Source: Dehalococcoidia bacterium
Lineage (GTDB): Bacteria > Chloroflexota > Dehalococcoidia > Lucifugimonadales > UBA3495
DNA: 64,000 bases
Assembly: GCA_965215425.1 (NCBI GenBank)
Contig: OZ244064.1
Span: forward strand, 2,791,634-2,855,633
Direction of reading: 5' to 3'
In this document: positions 10,150 to 20,074 of the stretch, in pieces
How positions within the stretch are numbered: position 1 is the stretch's first letter
Layout: each line of letters begins with the position of its first letter
Program-made: the position numbers and the translations under genes
Notes under the pieces: model-generated
The model's database searches: none
Seen by the model: the letters and a program-made list of their open reading frames with translations, nothing else
What the model was told of the DNA's origin: nothing

Positions 10150-10953
10150 ATGCCCTACGTGAACAATGGCGATGTCCGTATCCATTACCAAGTCCAGCGC
10201 CAGGTCCAGCCCCGCGCTGAATCCAGCGACCTGGGGAATGAAGCCAACCCGCCCCTTGTACTCATGCACGGGTTTATGCAGAGCCTGGATGACTGGTTCG
10301 CTGCGGGTTATGTAAAGGCTCTGGGCCGGGACTACCCCTTGATTTTGATGGACGCCCGGGGGCACGGCGGCAGCGACAAGCCTTATGCCGTTGCGGAGTA
10401 TGGTATGGAGTCGCTGGTGGCCGACCTGACTGCCGTTCTGGACGTATTGGAAGTTCCCCAAGTTCGTTACTTCGGTTACTCTTTTGGCGGCTGGGTCGGC
10501 TTCGGCATGGCTAAATATGCGCCGGAGCGTATCCGTTCCCTGGTCATTGGCGGGATGCACCCCTACGTGCGCGATCCCGGCCCGCTCAACCGGCGCATTG
10601 AGCGTTTCTCCCGGACCAGAGAGGCACTGGCCGCCGGCGACCGGCGCGCCGAGTTGATTCCGCCTCAGGTCAAGGCCCAGTTTGAGCAGAACGACATTAA
10701 AGCCCTGATTGCCCTGACCGTTGCTATCCGGGACTCGGCCGGTTTTGAGGAGGCCTTGGACTCCCTTACTGCGCCGGGCCTGATTTACGCCGGAGCGAAT
10801 GACCCCGCCGGCCCGCTGGCCCAGCGTTGCGTCGCAGGGCGTCCCGGTTGGCAATTCCGGTCTCTGCCGGAATTGGACCACATGGCCGCCTGGCAGCGCA
10901 GCGACCTGGCTTTGCCCCCCATTGGCCGGTTCCTGGGTAAGGCAACGGTTTGA
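10150..10953 (+). CDS. Alpha/beta hydrolase
   Basis: Oxyanion region LVLMHGF, nucleophile elbow GYSFGG, C-terminal His context LDHMA. Confidence 0.75.
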   Translation: MPYVNNGDVRIHYQVQRQVQPRAESSDLGNEANPPLVLMHGFMQSLDDWFAAGYVKALGRDYPLILMDARGHGGSDKPYAVAEYGMESLVADLTAVLDVLEVPQVRYFGYSFGGWVGFGMAKYAPERIRSLVIGGMHPYVRDPGPLNRRIERFSRTREALAAGDRRAELIPPQVKAQFEQNDIKALIALTVAIRDSAGFEEALDSLTAPGLIYAGANDPAGPLAQRCVAGRPGWQFRSLPELDHMAAWQRSDLALPPIGRFLGKATV

Positions 10954-11075
10954 CCGCCCCGGCCTTCTCCCCGGGCGAAAGGGGCCGGGAGGTCCCGGTG
11001 GATACGTTGGCAGCGGCCAAAGAGCTTCTCCCCGGGAGAAAGGGCCCGGGAGTGAGCGGCAAGGCGAAGGGAAGG

Positions 11076-11104
11076 TTGATTCGGGAACCCCGGTAGCGTA
11101 GAAT
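11076..11104 (+). promoter_or_regulatory. Putative promoter of the decayed OFOR operon
   Basis: TTGATT (11076-11081), 17-nt spacer, TAGAAT (11099-11104), about 30 nt upstream of ATG 11136. Confidence 0.4.
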
Positions 11105-11135
11105 AGCCCAAGCAATTATTGCCAGGAGTAATCTG

Positions 11136-12158
11136 ATGCCACAGACCACGGAGTTGAACCTTCTCTGTATGTCCGGTCAAGGCTCGGTACAGGCCGGTGA
11201 AGCCCTGGCAAAGATTTATGCCGAGCAGGGCTGGTTCGTTTCGGTGAACGTCTATCCCGGCACCCGCGCCCGCAGCGGCCCGGTGATAAACTACGTCAAG
11301 ATATCCGATTCCCAGGTTATGGCAAGCTGCGCCAACTATCATCCTGCCGAGGTCATCGTTTTCCAGGAAGAATTGTTGCTCACCGCCAAACAGAATACTC
11401 ACGAACTGATTGCCGATGCCATTGGCCGGATGCAGCGGGGGGTTCTACTGGTCAACTCCCCCAAGTCGCCCCACGACGTTGACCTGCCCTTCGATTTTGA
11501 AGGGGTGGTGGCTACGGTAGATGCCACCGGCATTGCCGGGCGGCTGCTCCGGCGCAACCCTCCCCCGGTGGGCCTTACGCTGCTGGGCGCTTATGCGCGG
11601 ATAACCGAGGCCATTGACATGGATGCCCTGTTACGGGTAATCCGGGAAGCCTTCCCCGGCGTCGTCGGGGAACGCAACGCCGAGGCCACCCTGGAGGCTT
11701 ACGAAAGCGTGCAGGCTTTGGGCGGCGTGAAGTTCCGGGTGGAACGGAAACCCGCCCGGCTGGTTCATACTCCGGTGGAAGACCTGCCTCAGTACTACCA
11801 GTTCGACCGCTACGACCGGCTGCCCGGGTTCAGCCAGGGCAGTCCCTTCGTCTGGCGCGACCAGGTTCCAGTCTGCGCGGACAACCAGTGCATTTGCCCC
11901 GGCGTTTGCATCAGCGAAGTTATGTGTCCCGACGGCACCGGCTTTATCATCCGCCAGGACCTGCCGCACCAGGGTTACCGCATTGACGTGGACTTCTGCC
12001 GTGGCTGCGGTATCTGCGCCGAGGTTTGCGTGGGCAGCGCGCTGACGATGGTAGATGAGGACCAGGTGCGTAAGGACAATCCGGACTACACCGATATTAC
12101 GGCAGCGCCCCACCGGCCGGAGATTGCCACCCACCAGCGTCTGCATCTGAACCTTTAA
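11136..12158 (+). CDS. 2-oxoacid:ferredoxin oxidoreductase gamma subunit fused to a ferredoxin-like (delta) domain
   Basis: N-terminal gamma-like region (GQGSVQAGEALAKIY). C-terminal Cys clusters CADNQCICPGVC and CRGCGICAEVC. The ORF is intact. Confidence 0.7.
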   Translation: MPQTTELNLLCMSGQGSVQAGEALAKIYAEQGWFVSVNVYPGTRARSGPVINYVKISDSQVMASCANYHPAEVIVFQEELLLTAKQNTHELIADAIGRMQRGVLLVNSPKSPHDVDLPFDFEGVVATVDATGIAGRLLRRNPPPVGLTLLGAYARITEAIDMDALLRVIREAFPGVVGERNAEATLEAYESVQALGGVKFRVERKPARLVHTPVEDLPQYYQFDRYDRLPGFSQGSPFVWRDQVPVCADNQCICPGVCISEVMCPDGTGFIIRQDLPHQGYRIDVDFCRGCGICAEVCVGSALTMVDEDQVRKDNPDYTDITAAPHRPEIATHQRLHLNL

Positions 12159-12303
12159 CCGTCAGTCCGTTCTTGGTGTTCGCTCGTGGTGAAACAGGTC
12201 GAACCGTCCAACTGTCCTTTGGCCCAGCTCAAGGTGAAGAGAAAAAGCGACGACGCGGCTCCGGCATGAAAAAACCCAGCCCCAGAACCACAGGAGACTA
12301 TCG

Positions 12304-13563
12304 ATGACCTCTCCCCTACCGGCCCGGCGCCAGGCCCTGACCGGCAACAAGGCGGCGGCTCACGCCCTCAAACTGGCCCGCATCCAGGTGTTATGTTACT
12401 TTCCCATCGGCCCCTCCGATGAAGTGGGCGAAGAGCTATCCCGTATGATCCAGCGGGGCGAGTTGCCGGCCGAAGTTATAGAACTGGAACATGAACGCAG
12501 TGTGATGAACGCCCAACTTACCGCCACTCAGTCGGGCGCCCGCTGCTCCTTCGCCACCAACTCCGAGGGCTTGCTCATCGCCGCCCAGCAGCTTATCTTC
12601 GCCTCCTACGCTCGCATCCCCATCGTGGTCGTGGTCGCCCACCGGGCCCTGGAACCGCCGGCCATTGTGCGCTCCGACGATCAGGACACTATAATGTACC
12701 GGGATATTCACTGGATGCACTATCATTGCGAGAATGCCCAGGACGTGCTGGACACGGTTATCCAGGCCTACAAGGTCAGCGAGGACCCGGAAGGTGCTGC
12801 TGCCGGCCTTTGTTACCTACGACGGCTGGGAAGTTTCCCACAACAGCTACCCGGTGGAAGCCCCGTCCCAGGAAGCCATAGACGCCTTTTTGCCGCCCCT
12901 TCGAGTTGCCACCGGAAGTCGATTTTATCAAGAACCTGGATTTTGCGGCCTACTACGGAGGCCAGCGGATGAGTGGCTACGGGTATATTGACGTGGAGCG
13001 GGAGTATATGGAGCGCCGTTATCAGCTGGATGAGGCGCTGAACGTTACCGCCAAAGCCCGGTTGAAGCAAGCCCACCAGGATTATGTAAAGCTCGCCGGC
13101 CGGGGCTACGGCGGTCTGATTGAAACCTACCGGATGGAGGATGCCGAGGCCGCCATCGTAGCGATGGGTTCCCTGTCCGCCACCTCCCGGCTGGCTGTGG
13201 ACTTGATGCGCGACCAGGGCAAGGCGGTGGGCCTGGTCAAGGTTCGGACCTATCGCCCCTTTCCCACCGAGGACCTGCTGGAAGCTCTGAAAAAACGTGC
13301 GGGGTGTAGTAGCCCTGGACCGCAACACCGTGGCCGCCGTTTACCAGGACTTGCGCAGCGCCCTTTTCGGCCGCCCCAATCCCCCGGTAGTCCTGGGCCG
13401 CATCATCGGCCTGGGCGGGCGGGACGTTACCCAATACAATATCGTTTACGCCGCCGAGGAAGCCCTGGCCGCCGCGGCCAAAGGCCACGTCGACAAGCCG
13501 CTGGACTGGCATTTCGAGGTCATCGAGGACGCGGAAATGCTGGCCCGGGCGCTGGGCCGTTGA
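12304..13563 (+). pseudogene. OFOR alpha subunit (PorA/VorA-like), interrupted by three frameshifts
   Basis: One continuous PorA-like protein can only be read by joining four frame segments. These are frame 1 from 12304 to about 12790, frame 2 (KVLLPAFVTYDGWEVSH) to about 12900, frame 3 (PPEVDFIKNLDFAAYYGG...VKVRTYRPFP) to about 13300, and frame 1 (VVALDRNTVAAVYQDL) to 13563. Confidence 0.7.
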
Positions 13564-13826
13564 AGCCTATAGGTGGAAGAGCTACTGACCAATGCAAGGG
13601 CAGATACTGAACTACCCGGTTCAGACCAACCAGGATCTGTGCGCTGCCGCTGACGGCAACCGTTACTCCTTCACGGGGAGCGATTGGAGCGAAGGGCATC
13701 CTATATTTATTATCTTACCAAGTCCGATACAGAGTTTGAGCAAGAGTACATGGCGGGGCGCAAGGACTGGTTCTAGCCAGTCCTGCTGGAATCGCCCCTA
13801 AATCCTGCTATCAGGGAGAGCCGACT

Positions 13827-14691
13827 ATGCCCATCAAGATGATTCAGGAGACCCCACAGCAGCGGGTCTTTATGAACGTTACCGCCAACCAGTGCCCCGG
13901 CTGCCCGGAAAACCTGGCAACCCGGTTGGTGATGCACATCGTCTTTGACCACCTCAAGGAGGGAAAACCCGATTATCTTCGGCCAGGGCTGCGGTATCGG
14001 GCGGGATTTTCTCCAGCGCAGCGGCCTGGGCACCCACGACAGCGGTATCGCCGGTATGCTGACCGCCATGAAAGTACGCAACATTGACCGTCCTATTGTG
14101 GTCATTGACGGCGACGGGCAAGTTGACCTGGGGCTGGAGGACTTGGCAACCAGCTTCCAGCAGGGTTACAAGTACCTTCACGTGGTTTGCGACAACCAGG
14201 CCCATGCCGCCAGCGGCAGCCACGCCACCGGCAGCACCCAGCCCATGGCCCGCACCAGCGTCCGGCCCTCGGGTAAGCTGCGACACCCCAAACACTTTAC
14301 CTTGATGCTTATGTTCAGTGGCGCCGAGTATGTGGCAACTGCATCTACTTCCCATCCCCAGGACCTGGAGCGAAAAATAAAGGCCGCTTCCACCCGTCTG
14401 CCCGCATTTATCCAGATCCTGACCCCCTGTAACCCTTCCTGGGGCTACGATGATAACAAGGGAATCGAGGTGTCCCGGCTGGCCGTGGAAAGCGGCATCT
14501 GGCCCCTCTACGAGTGGAAGGACGGCGTTTTCCGTCGTCAGAATATAATGCGCAAGTCCACCGTCCGCGACTACGTCGCTTCCCAAAGACGCTATGCCCA
14601 CCTGGACGATGCGGGCATCCGGCAAATGGAGGAGTACGTCTCCGACTTGAACGGTATGATGCTTAAGCTGGAAACCGGTTTCTCCGCCTGA
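13827..14691 (+). pseudogene. OFOR beta subunit (TPP-binding), interrupted by one frameshift
   Basis: Frame 3 gives the N-terminus with CPGCPE. From about 13975, frame 1 continues with IIFGQGCG...VVIDGDGQVDLG...DNQ. The shift lies near GGAGGGAAAACCC. Confidence 0.7.
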
Positions 14692-14704
14692 GGCCCGCTC
14701 GTAG

Positions 14705-16417
14705 ATGGCTGACCACCCTCGCCCCTGGCTGAACTTCTACCCCCCGGAAGTGTCCGCTCGCCTGGACTACCCTCGGGCGCCCTTCTATCACTTCCTTCAG
14801 GAGTCCGCCGCCCGCTTTCCCCACCGGCCGGCCCTGGTTTATCCGGATGGGGCCGGAGGCCAGCCAGCCAGCAGGACCTACCGGGCGCTGGACGAAGAAT
14901 CCGACCGTTTTGCCGCCGCCCTGATTTCCCTGGGAATCGCCAAGGGCGACCGGGTGGCCTACTACCTCCAGAACTCGCCGGAACTGGTCGCCGGCTTTTA
15001 CGGCATCCTCAAAGCCGGCGCCGTGCCGGTTCCCTGCAACGTGATGTACCGGGCCGAGGAGTTGGCCTATCACCTTAACGATTCCGGGGCCGAAACCCTC
15101 CTCTGCGAAGCTGACCTCTATCCCACTGCCCGGGAAATCTTGGGCCGGACCCGGGTATCCCGCGTCATTGTCGCCGGTGAAATCGCCGGAGACGGGGCTT
15201 CTCCGGTTCAGTCCGCTCCCGGAGCGCCGCAGGGCCCGACGCCAGGGGGTGAAACTACCGGAAACAGCGTTTCCCCTATTCAGAGCTGGGATACCCTGCT
15301 GGCAACGCACGCGCCACTGAAGCGACTGCCGGAGATTGACCCCGGCCGGGACCTGGCCTTGCTGCCTTATACCGGCGGCACCACCGGGTTGCCCAAGGGC
15401 AGTATGTTGACCCACGCCAACCTGACGGCCAACGCGGTTCAATTCCGGGACTGGTTCGGTTATGAACCGGGCCGGGAGGTCTTTGTCGCCACGCTGCCCT
15501 TGTTCCATATTGGCGGCATTGCGGGGGTGATGAGCGTTCCGATAGCGGCTGGCGCTACCATTGTGTTGTTCCGCCGGTTTAATGCCGCCCGGGTGCTGCA
15601 AGCCATCCAGGACTACCGGGCCACCCGGTTCCTCGGCGTGCCGACGATGTATATTGCCCTGCTGAACCATGCGGCCGCCGCTTCCTATGACCTTTCCTCC
15701 CTGCGGCCCAGCCGCACCAGCGCTGCACCCCTGCCCCGGGCCGTTAAGGCGTCTTTCGATGCACTGGTGGGCCACGAAGTGTTGATTGAGGGTTACGGCC
15801 TGACCGAGACTTCACCCCTGACCCACGCCAATCCGGTAAACCGGGCCCAACCCGGCTCCATCGGCCTGCCCCTGCCCGGCACCGACGCCCGCGTTGTTGA
15901 CCCCGAGGCGGGAATCGAGCTTATGCCGGTGGGGGAAATCGGGGAACTGGCGCTGCGCGGCCCCCAGGTGATGCAAGGGTATTGGAACCAACCCGAGGAG
16001 ACCGCCGCCGCAATTCGCAACGGCTGGTTCTATACCGGCGACCTGGCTTACATGGACGAAAGGGGCTATTTCTACATCGTGGACCGGAAGAAGGACGTGA
16101 TAAACGCCGCCGGGTTCAAGGTCTGGCCCCGAGAGGTGGAAGAGGTACTGTACCAGCACCCCGCTATCCGGATAGCCGCCGTGCTGGGTATCCCCGACGA
16201 CTACCGGGGGGAAACGGTCAAGGCGGTCATCGCCCTGAAAGAGGGACACCCATTTGCCACCCCGGAGGCGGCCCGTCAGGACATCCTGGACTTCTGCCGT
16301 CGTCGCCTGGCTAACTACAAGATACCCCGCATCGTGGACTTCCGGGACGAACTGCCGGTCAGCGCCGCCGGCAAGGTGCTGCGCCGGGAGATACGGGACG
16401 AGACCGCCGGGCCGTAG
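14705..16417 (+). CDS. AMP-dependent acyl-CoA synthetase/ligase
   Basis: Motifs LPYTGGTTGLPKG, GYGLTE, YTGDL and C-terminal GKVLRR. Confidence 0.85.
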   Translation: MADHPRPWLNFYPPEVSARLDYPRAPFYHFLQESAARFPHRPALVYPDGAGGQPASRTYRALDEESDRFAAALISLGIAKGDRVAYYLQNSPELVAGFYGILKAGAVPVPCNVMYRAEELAYHLNDSGAETLLCEADLYPTAREILGRTRVSRVIVAGEIAGDGASPVQSAPGAPQGPTPGGETTGNSVSPIQSWDTLLATHAPLKRLPEIDPGRDLALLPYTGGTTGLPKGSMLTHANLTANAVQFRDWFGYEPGREVFVATLPLFHIGGIAGVMSVPIAAGATIVLFRRFNAARVLQAIQDYRATRFLGVPTMYIALLNHAAAASYDLSSLRPSRTSAAPLPRAVKASFDALVGHEVLIEGYGLTETSPLTHANPVNRAQPGSIGLPLPGTDARVVDPEAGIELMPVGEIGELALRGPQVMQGYWNQPEETAAAIRNGWFYTGDLAYMDERGYFYIVDRKKDVINAAGFKVWPREVEEVLYQHPAIRIAAVLGIPDDYRGETVKAVIALKEGHPFATPEAARQDILDFCRRRLANYKIPRIVDFRDELPVSAAGKVLRREIRDETAGP

Positions 16418-16561
16418 CGAGGCGGTTACCCGTACCTTTAGCCATCCTGATTGCCGTATCATTACCGGCCCGGTTGGCTGCCAGGTTACCCGTCCGCCTA
16501 TCTCGCCGGCGGCCAACCGACCCAGGCCAGCCGGCCCGCTCAGCACGGGCTTGGCCAGGGA

Positions 16562-17521
16562 TTACCGCACCGCCGGCAACACCTCCCGGGTAAACTTTGC
16601 CAACTGTTCCGGTTGGTTCGGGGAAGCAAAGCGCACGATGAAGTAGGTAACCCCGGCCTCCCGGTATTGGCCGATGACGTCAATGCACTTTTCCGGTGGG
16701 CCGAACACACAGAGCAATTGCCGGCGCACCGCCTCGTAGGGGCGACTGTAATAGGCTTGCATAAACCGGTCGCCCTCGGACAAGGCGTTGGCCTCATTGT
16801 TCAAGTTAATCGAAATGTAGAGGGCGCGGGGCAGCTTTTCCGGGTCGCGGCCGATTTTGACTGCGTTTTCCTGAACCCGCTCCCAGCACCGGCGGAACAG
16901 CTCAACCTCCGGCACATTGGTAATCCAGGCATCGCCTAACTCGGCAACCCGCCGCAATCCGCGTTGTACCCAATTGCTGGATACCCATATCGGCACCGGC
17001 TGCTGCAAGGGCTTGGGTTCCAGGGATACCTTTTGCAAGGGATAGTAGCCCTCCTCGCCGGTTACCTGTTCCTCCAGCCACAAGGCGCGGAGCAGACGAA
17101 TACCCTCCTCCATCCGCGCCGCCCGCTCCGATACGGGTATCCCCACAGCGGAATGTTCATCCACGTACATTTGATTATCCCCCCGGCCGGCCCCGGCGCC
17201 CAGGATGACCCGTCCGTTGGAAATGTTGTCGATGGTAGCCAGCGCATGGGCCAGGTGAACCGGATGACGCAGGGCGGTCAGCATTACCGCCGTTCCGATT
17301 TTGACCCGGTGGGTGCGGGCAGCCAGCGCGGCCATAATGGTCAGGGGTTCCAGGCGGGGTTTGGAAGTGATGCTGTCGCCAACCCAGACCGAATCGTAAC
17401 CCAGCCGTTCTACGGTTTCCGCCAGGTGCCAGTTCAACTCCACCCCGGGCCGGCCGCCGCCGGCGTACACCAGCACGCCCCGGGTCGGCAGCAGGATGCC
17501 AAAGTCATTAATCAAGTCCAT
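16562..17521 (-). CDS. Luciferase-like (LLM class) flavin/F420-dependent oxidoreductase
   Basis: TIM-barrel LLM pattern: GYDSVWVGDS, TSKPRLEP, RVILGAGAG. 319 aa. Confidence 0.8.
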   Translation of the reverse strand: MDLINDFGILLPTRGVLVYAGGGRPGVELNWHLAETVERLGYDSVWVGDSITSKPRLEPLTIMAALAARTHRVKIGTAVMLTALRHPVHLAHALATIDNISNGRVILGAGAGRGDNQMYVDEHSAVGIPVSERAARMEEGIRLLRALWLEEQVTGEEGYYPLQKVSLEPKPLQQPVPIWVSSNWVQRGLRRVAELGDAWITNVPEVELFRRCWERVQENAVKIGRDPEKLPRALYISINLNNEANALSEGDRFMQAYYSRPYEAVRRQLLCVFGPPEKCIDVIGQYREAGVTYFIVRFASPNQPEQLAKFTREVLPAVR

Positions 17522-17591
17522 CTTTACCTTTACCCTTACCTTTTCCGGCGGCCGGCGATGTGCGGCCGGCAGTCCCTGGGTAAGCCGGAAA

Positions 17592-18971
17592 TTAAACCAC
17601 CGGCCAGCGGGAGGGGAAGGAGATTCCGGTGCGGGCCAGCAATGCCTCCCCCAGAGCCTGCACTTTTTGGATTAGCTCCCATTCGTCCACGAACAGTGGC
17701 CGGTGATTCTCCACCCGTACCTGGCCGTCCACGATGACGGTGTGGACGCTGCGGCCATCGGCGTTATAGACCAGATTGTTGACCGGGTTGAACAAGGTGC
17801 GCCATTCCGGGCGGCGGGTGTCGAAAAGGACCAAGTCGGCCTTTTTCCCCTCCTCAATGGAGCCAATATCGCCGTCCAGGCCCAGAGCCGCTGCTCCCCC
17901 GATAGTCGCCATCTCCAGGGCCGTCTCTGCCGGAACCATGCCAACATCCTGCCGCGCATCCTTGTAGAGTACCGCGGCCAGGTACATCGAGCGCATTGGT
18001 TCCAGCAGGTTGGAGTTGTTGCCGGCATCGGTGCCTAACCCCACTTTAACCCCCTGTTGCAGCAACTCCGGCAGCATACCCTCGCGGGTCATTCCTGCGC
18101 CGCCCTTGATGGCGGCGGTGGGACACATAATTACCCCGGCGCCGCTGCGGGCGATGCAGTCCACTTCCGATTGGTCGATGCCCAGGCCGTGGGCCAGCGC
18201 CACGTTCGGCCCCAGGATGTTCCGGGATTCCAGATATTGGGCCGGGCGCATTCCATGGTCCCGGAGGCATTGCTGCACGTATTGAGCGCTGTTGTTGAAA
18301 TGCAGCGTCAGCCCGGTATGGTATTTGTCGGCCAGTCCCTTCGCCGCCACCAGCAGCGCATCGGTGGCAAAGGCCGGCGAAAAGGGCATCGCCCAGGCGC
18401 GTACCCGGTCATCCAGGCAATGGTCATAGTCCCGGACTACCCGTTCCATCAGGTTAATCGCTTCGCCGGTGCCGTAAACCGGCAAGTTGATGGGATTGGC
18501 CTTATCGGTAACCTGCCAACCCAGGATAATCCGGCAGCCCGACTTCCGGTAGGCTTGCATACCCGCATCCAACCCCTTGGTGCTGCCGGGGTCCAGAAAA
18601 CAGGTGGCGCCATACTTCAGCAGTTCGGTAATCGCCAGTAGCGAGGTATAGTATTCATCCTCCTCGGTCATCGCCCCTTGCAGGGTGAAAACGTTGGGCA
18701 AGTAAGCCTGCCCCAAGTCGTCGGGAAATATACCCCGGGTAGCATGGGCGTAGCTGAGGTGCAGATGCCCGTTTACGAAACCCGGCGTTACCACCATCTC
18801 GCCGGCGTCAATCACCCGGGCGGCGGGAACCTCGGCCAACTCGTCAGCCTTTCCCACCCGCAGGATTCGCTGTCCCTCAACCAGAAGGGAACCATCCTGG
18901 ATTATTCGTCGCTGCGGGTCAACGGTAACTATAAACCGGGCGCCCTGAATCTTGAGGGTAGGGTTCGGCAT
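17592..18971 (-). CDS. Amidohydrolase (chlorohydrolase / nucleoside-deaminase-like family)
   Basis: Metal-binding HxH (PGFVNGHLHLS), later HG and GTD(A/G) motifs. 459 aa. Confidence 0.8.
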   Translation of the reverse strand: MPNPTLKIQGARFIVTVDPQRRIIQDGSLLVEGQRILRVGKADELAEVPAARVIDAGEMVVTPGFVNGHLHLSYAHATRGIFPDDLGQAYLPNVFTLQGAMTEEDEYYTSLLAITELLKYGATCFLDPGSTKGLDAGMQAYRKSGCRIILGWQVTDKANPINLPVYGTGEAINLMERVVRDYDHCLDDRVRAWAMPFSPAFATDALLVAAKGLADKYHTGLTLHFNNSAQYVQQCLRDHGMRPAQYLESRNILGPNVALAHGLGIDQSEVDCIARSGAGVIMCPTAAIKGGAGMTREGMLPELLQQGVKVGLGTDAGNNSNLLEPMRSMYLAAVLYKDARQDVGMVPAETALEMATIGGAAALGLDGDIGSIEEGKKADLVLFDTRRPEWRTLFNPVNNLVYNADGRSVHTVIVDGQVRVENHRPLFVDEWELIQKVQALGEALLARTGISFPSRWPVV

Positions 18972-18993
18972 AGCGGTTCACCTCTTTCAGGGC

Positions 18994-19022
18994 ATAATAG
19001 GCATACCCCGGCGGCTTGGCAA
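18994..19022 (-). promoter_or_regulatory. Putative promoter of the amidohydrolase gene
   Basis: On the minus strand: TTGCCA, 17-nt spacer, TATTAT, about 20 nt upstream of the start codon region. Confidence 0.35.
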
Positions 19023-19056
19023 GCCTTTTACCTCCCCGGCGCGGCCGGACGCCATT

Positions 19057-19173
19057 TCTCTCGCCGGGTCAACCAACCCGTTATACTATTCCGGAGCAGT
19101 GTGCATTACGCCGCGGCCGAGGGTTATCGTTCCTCTCGCCGGGGCTACCAACCCGTTATATTATTCTGGAGCA
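19057..19173. repeat. Two 42-nt direct repeats (37/42 identical, 75-nt period) in a divergent intergenic region
   Basis: 19057-19098 TCTCTCGCCGGGTCAACCAACCCGTTATACTATTCCGGAGCA versus 19132-19173 CCTCTCGCCGGGGCTACCAACCCGTTATATTATTCTGGAGCA, aligned by hand. Confidence 0.6.
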
Positions 19174-19248
19174 ACTGCCCTCCGCCACCGCGAAATGCCT
19201 CTGCTATAATGAAACCCCGGTCGCCAATACGGAGGAGGCAGCACGCTT

Positions 19249-20025
19249 ATGCCCTATGCAGGACTAAATCTGGACGGAATGACGGCCCTGGTTACCGGCT
19301 CCGGCCGGGGCATCGGCAGCGCGCTGGCTCTCGGCCTGGCCCAGGCCGGCGCCAGCGTAGCCGTTTCCGACGTCCCGGAGCAATTGCCCGGCGCGAGGGA
19401 GACGGAGGAGCGAATCAAAGGGGAAGGCGTGGGCAGCCGAACCTATTGCCTGGATGTTCTGGACCTGGCTAACATCCGGCAGACCGTGGGGCAGGTAGTC
19501 CGAGACTTTGGGCGGCTGGATATTCTGGTAAACAACGCCGGTATCCGCCGCCGTCAGCCGGCCCTGGAGGTTACCGAGGCTAACTGGGACGCCGTAATTG
19601 ATACCAACTTGAAAGGGCCTTTTTTCTGCGCTCAGGCCGCGGCCCGGGCCATGATTAAGCAGGGTGGCGGGCGAATTATCAACATCTCTTCCCAGTTAGC
19701 CGTCATCGCCGGGGAGAATCGGGCCGCCTATTGCGCCAGCAAAGCCGGCCTGGCTAACCTGACCCGTGTCCTGGCCCTGGAGTGGCTGAAGTATGGAATC
19801 ACAGTTAACGCCATCGGCCCCGGCCCGACGGAGACACCCGGTTTGTTGGCGGCCGATACCCGCTCCGATACCGAGTTAGCCGCCGATTTGAAAGCGCATA
19901 TGCCCCTGGGCCGGCGAATGCTGCCGGAGGAACTGGTGGGCGCCGTCATCTATCTGTCCAGCCCCTCCGCCTCCGCCACCACCGGCCACCTGCTGATAGT
20001 GGACGGCGGCTGGACCACGCTGTAA
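19249..20025 (+). CDS. SDR family oxidoreductase
   Basis: Motifs TGSGRGIG, NNAG, YCASKAG. Confidence 0.85.
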   Translation: MPYAGLNLDGMTALVTGSGRGIGSALALGLAQAGASVAVSDVPEQLPGARETEERIKGEGVGSRTYCLDVLDLANIRQTVGQVVRDFGRLDILVNNAGIRRRQPALEVTEANWDAVIDTNLKGPFFCAQAAARAMIKQGGGRIINISSQLAVIAGENRAAYCASKAGLANLTRVLALEWLKYGITVNAIGPGPTETPGLLAADTRSDTELAADLKAHMPLGRRMLPEELVGAVIYLSSPSASATTGHLLIVDGGWTTL

Positions 20026-20074
20026 CCGGGTAATCCACCAACGAGCAGGACGGACCGGATAGAATGGAGCCACC

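Noticed and set aside
12304-14691. Frame changes in the OFOR alpha and beta genes as programmed recoding.
   Set aside because: There are four shifts in mixed directions, without shared slippery motifs or downstream structures, plus divergence of catalytic segments. Decay or local sequence error is far more likely than recoding.
18952-19267. ORF-track peptides 18952-19209(+) and 19016-19267(+) in the divergent intergenic region.
   Set aside because: They are translations of the two direct repeats and promoter region, with no RBS, and they overlap predicted control elements.
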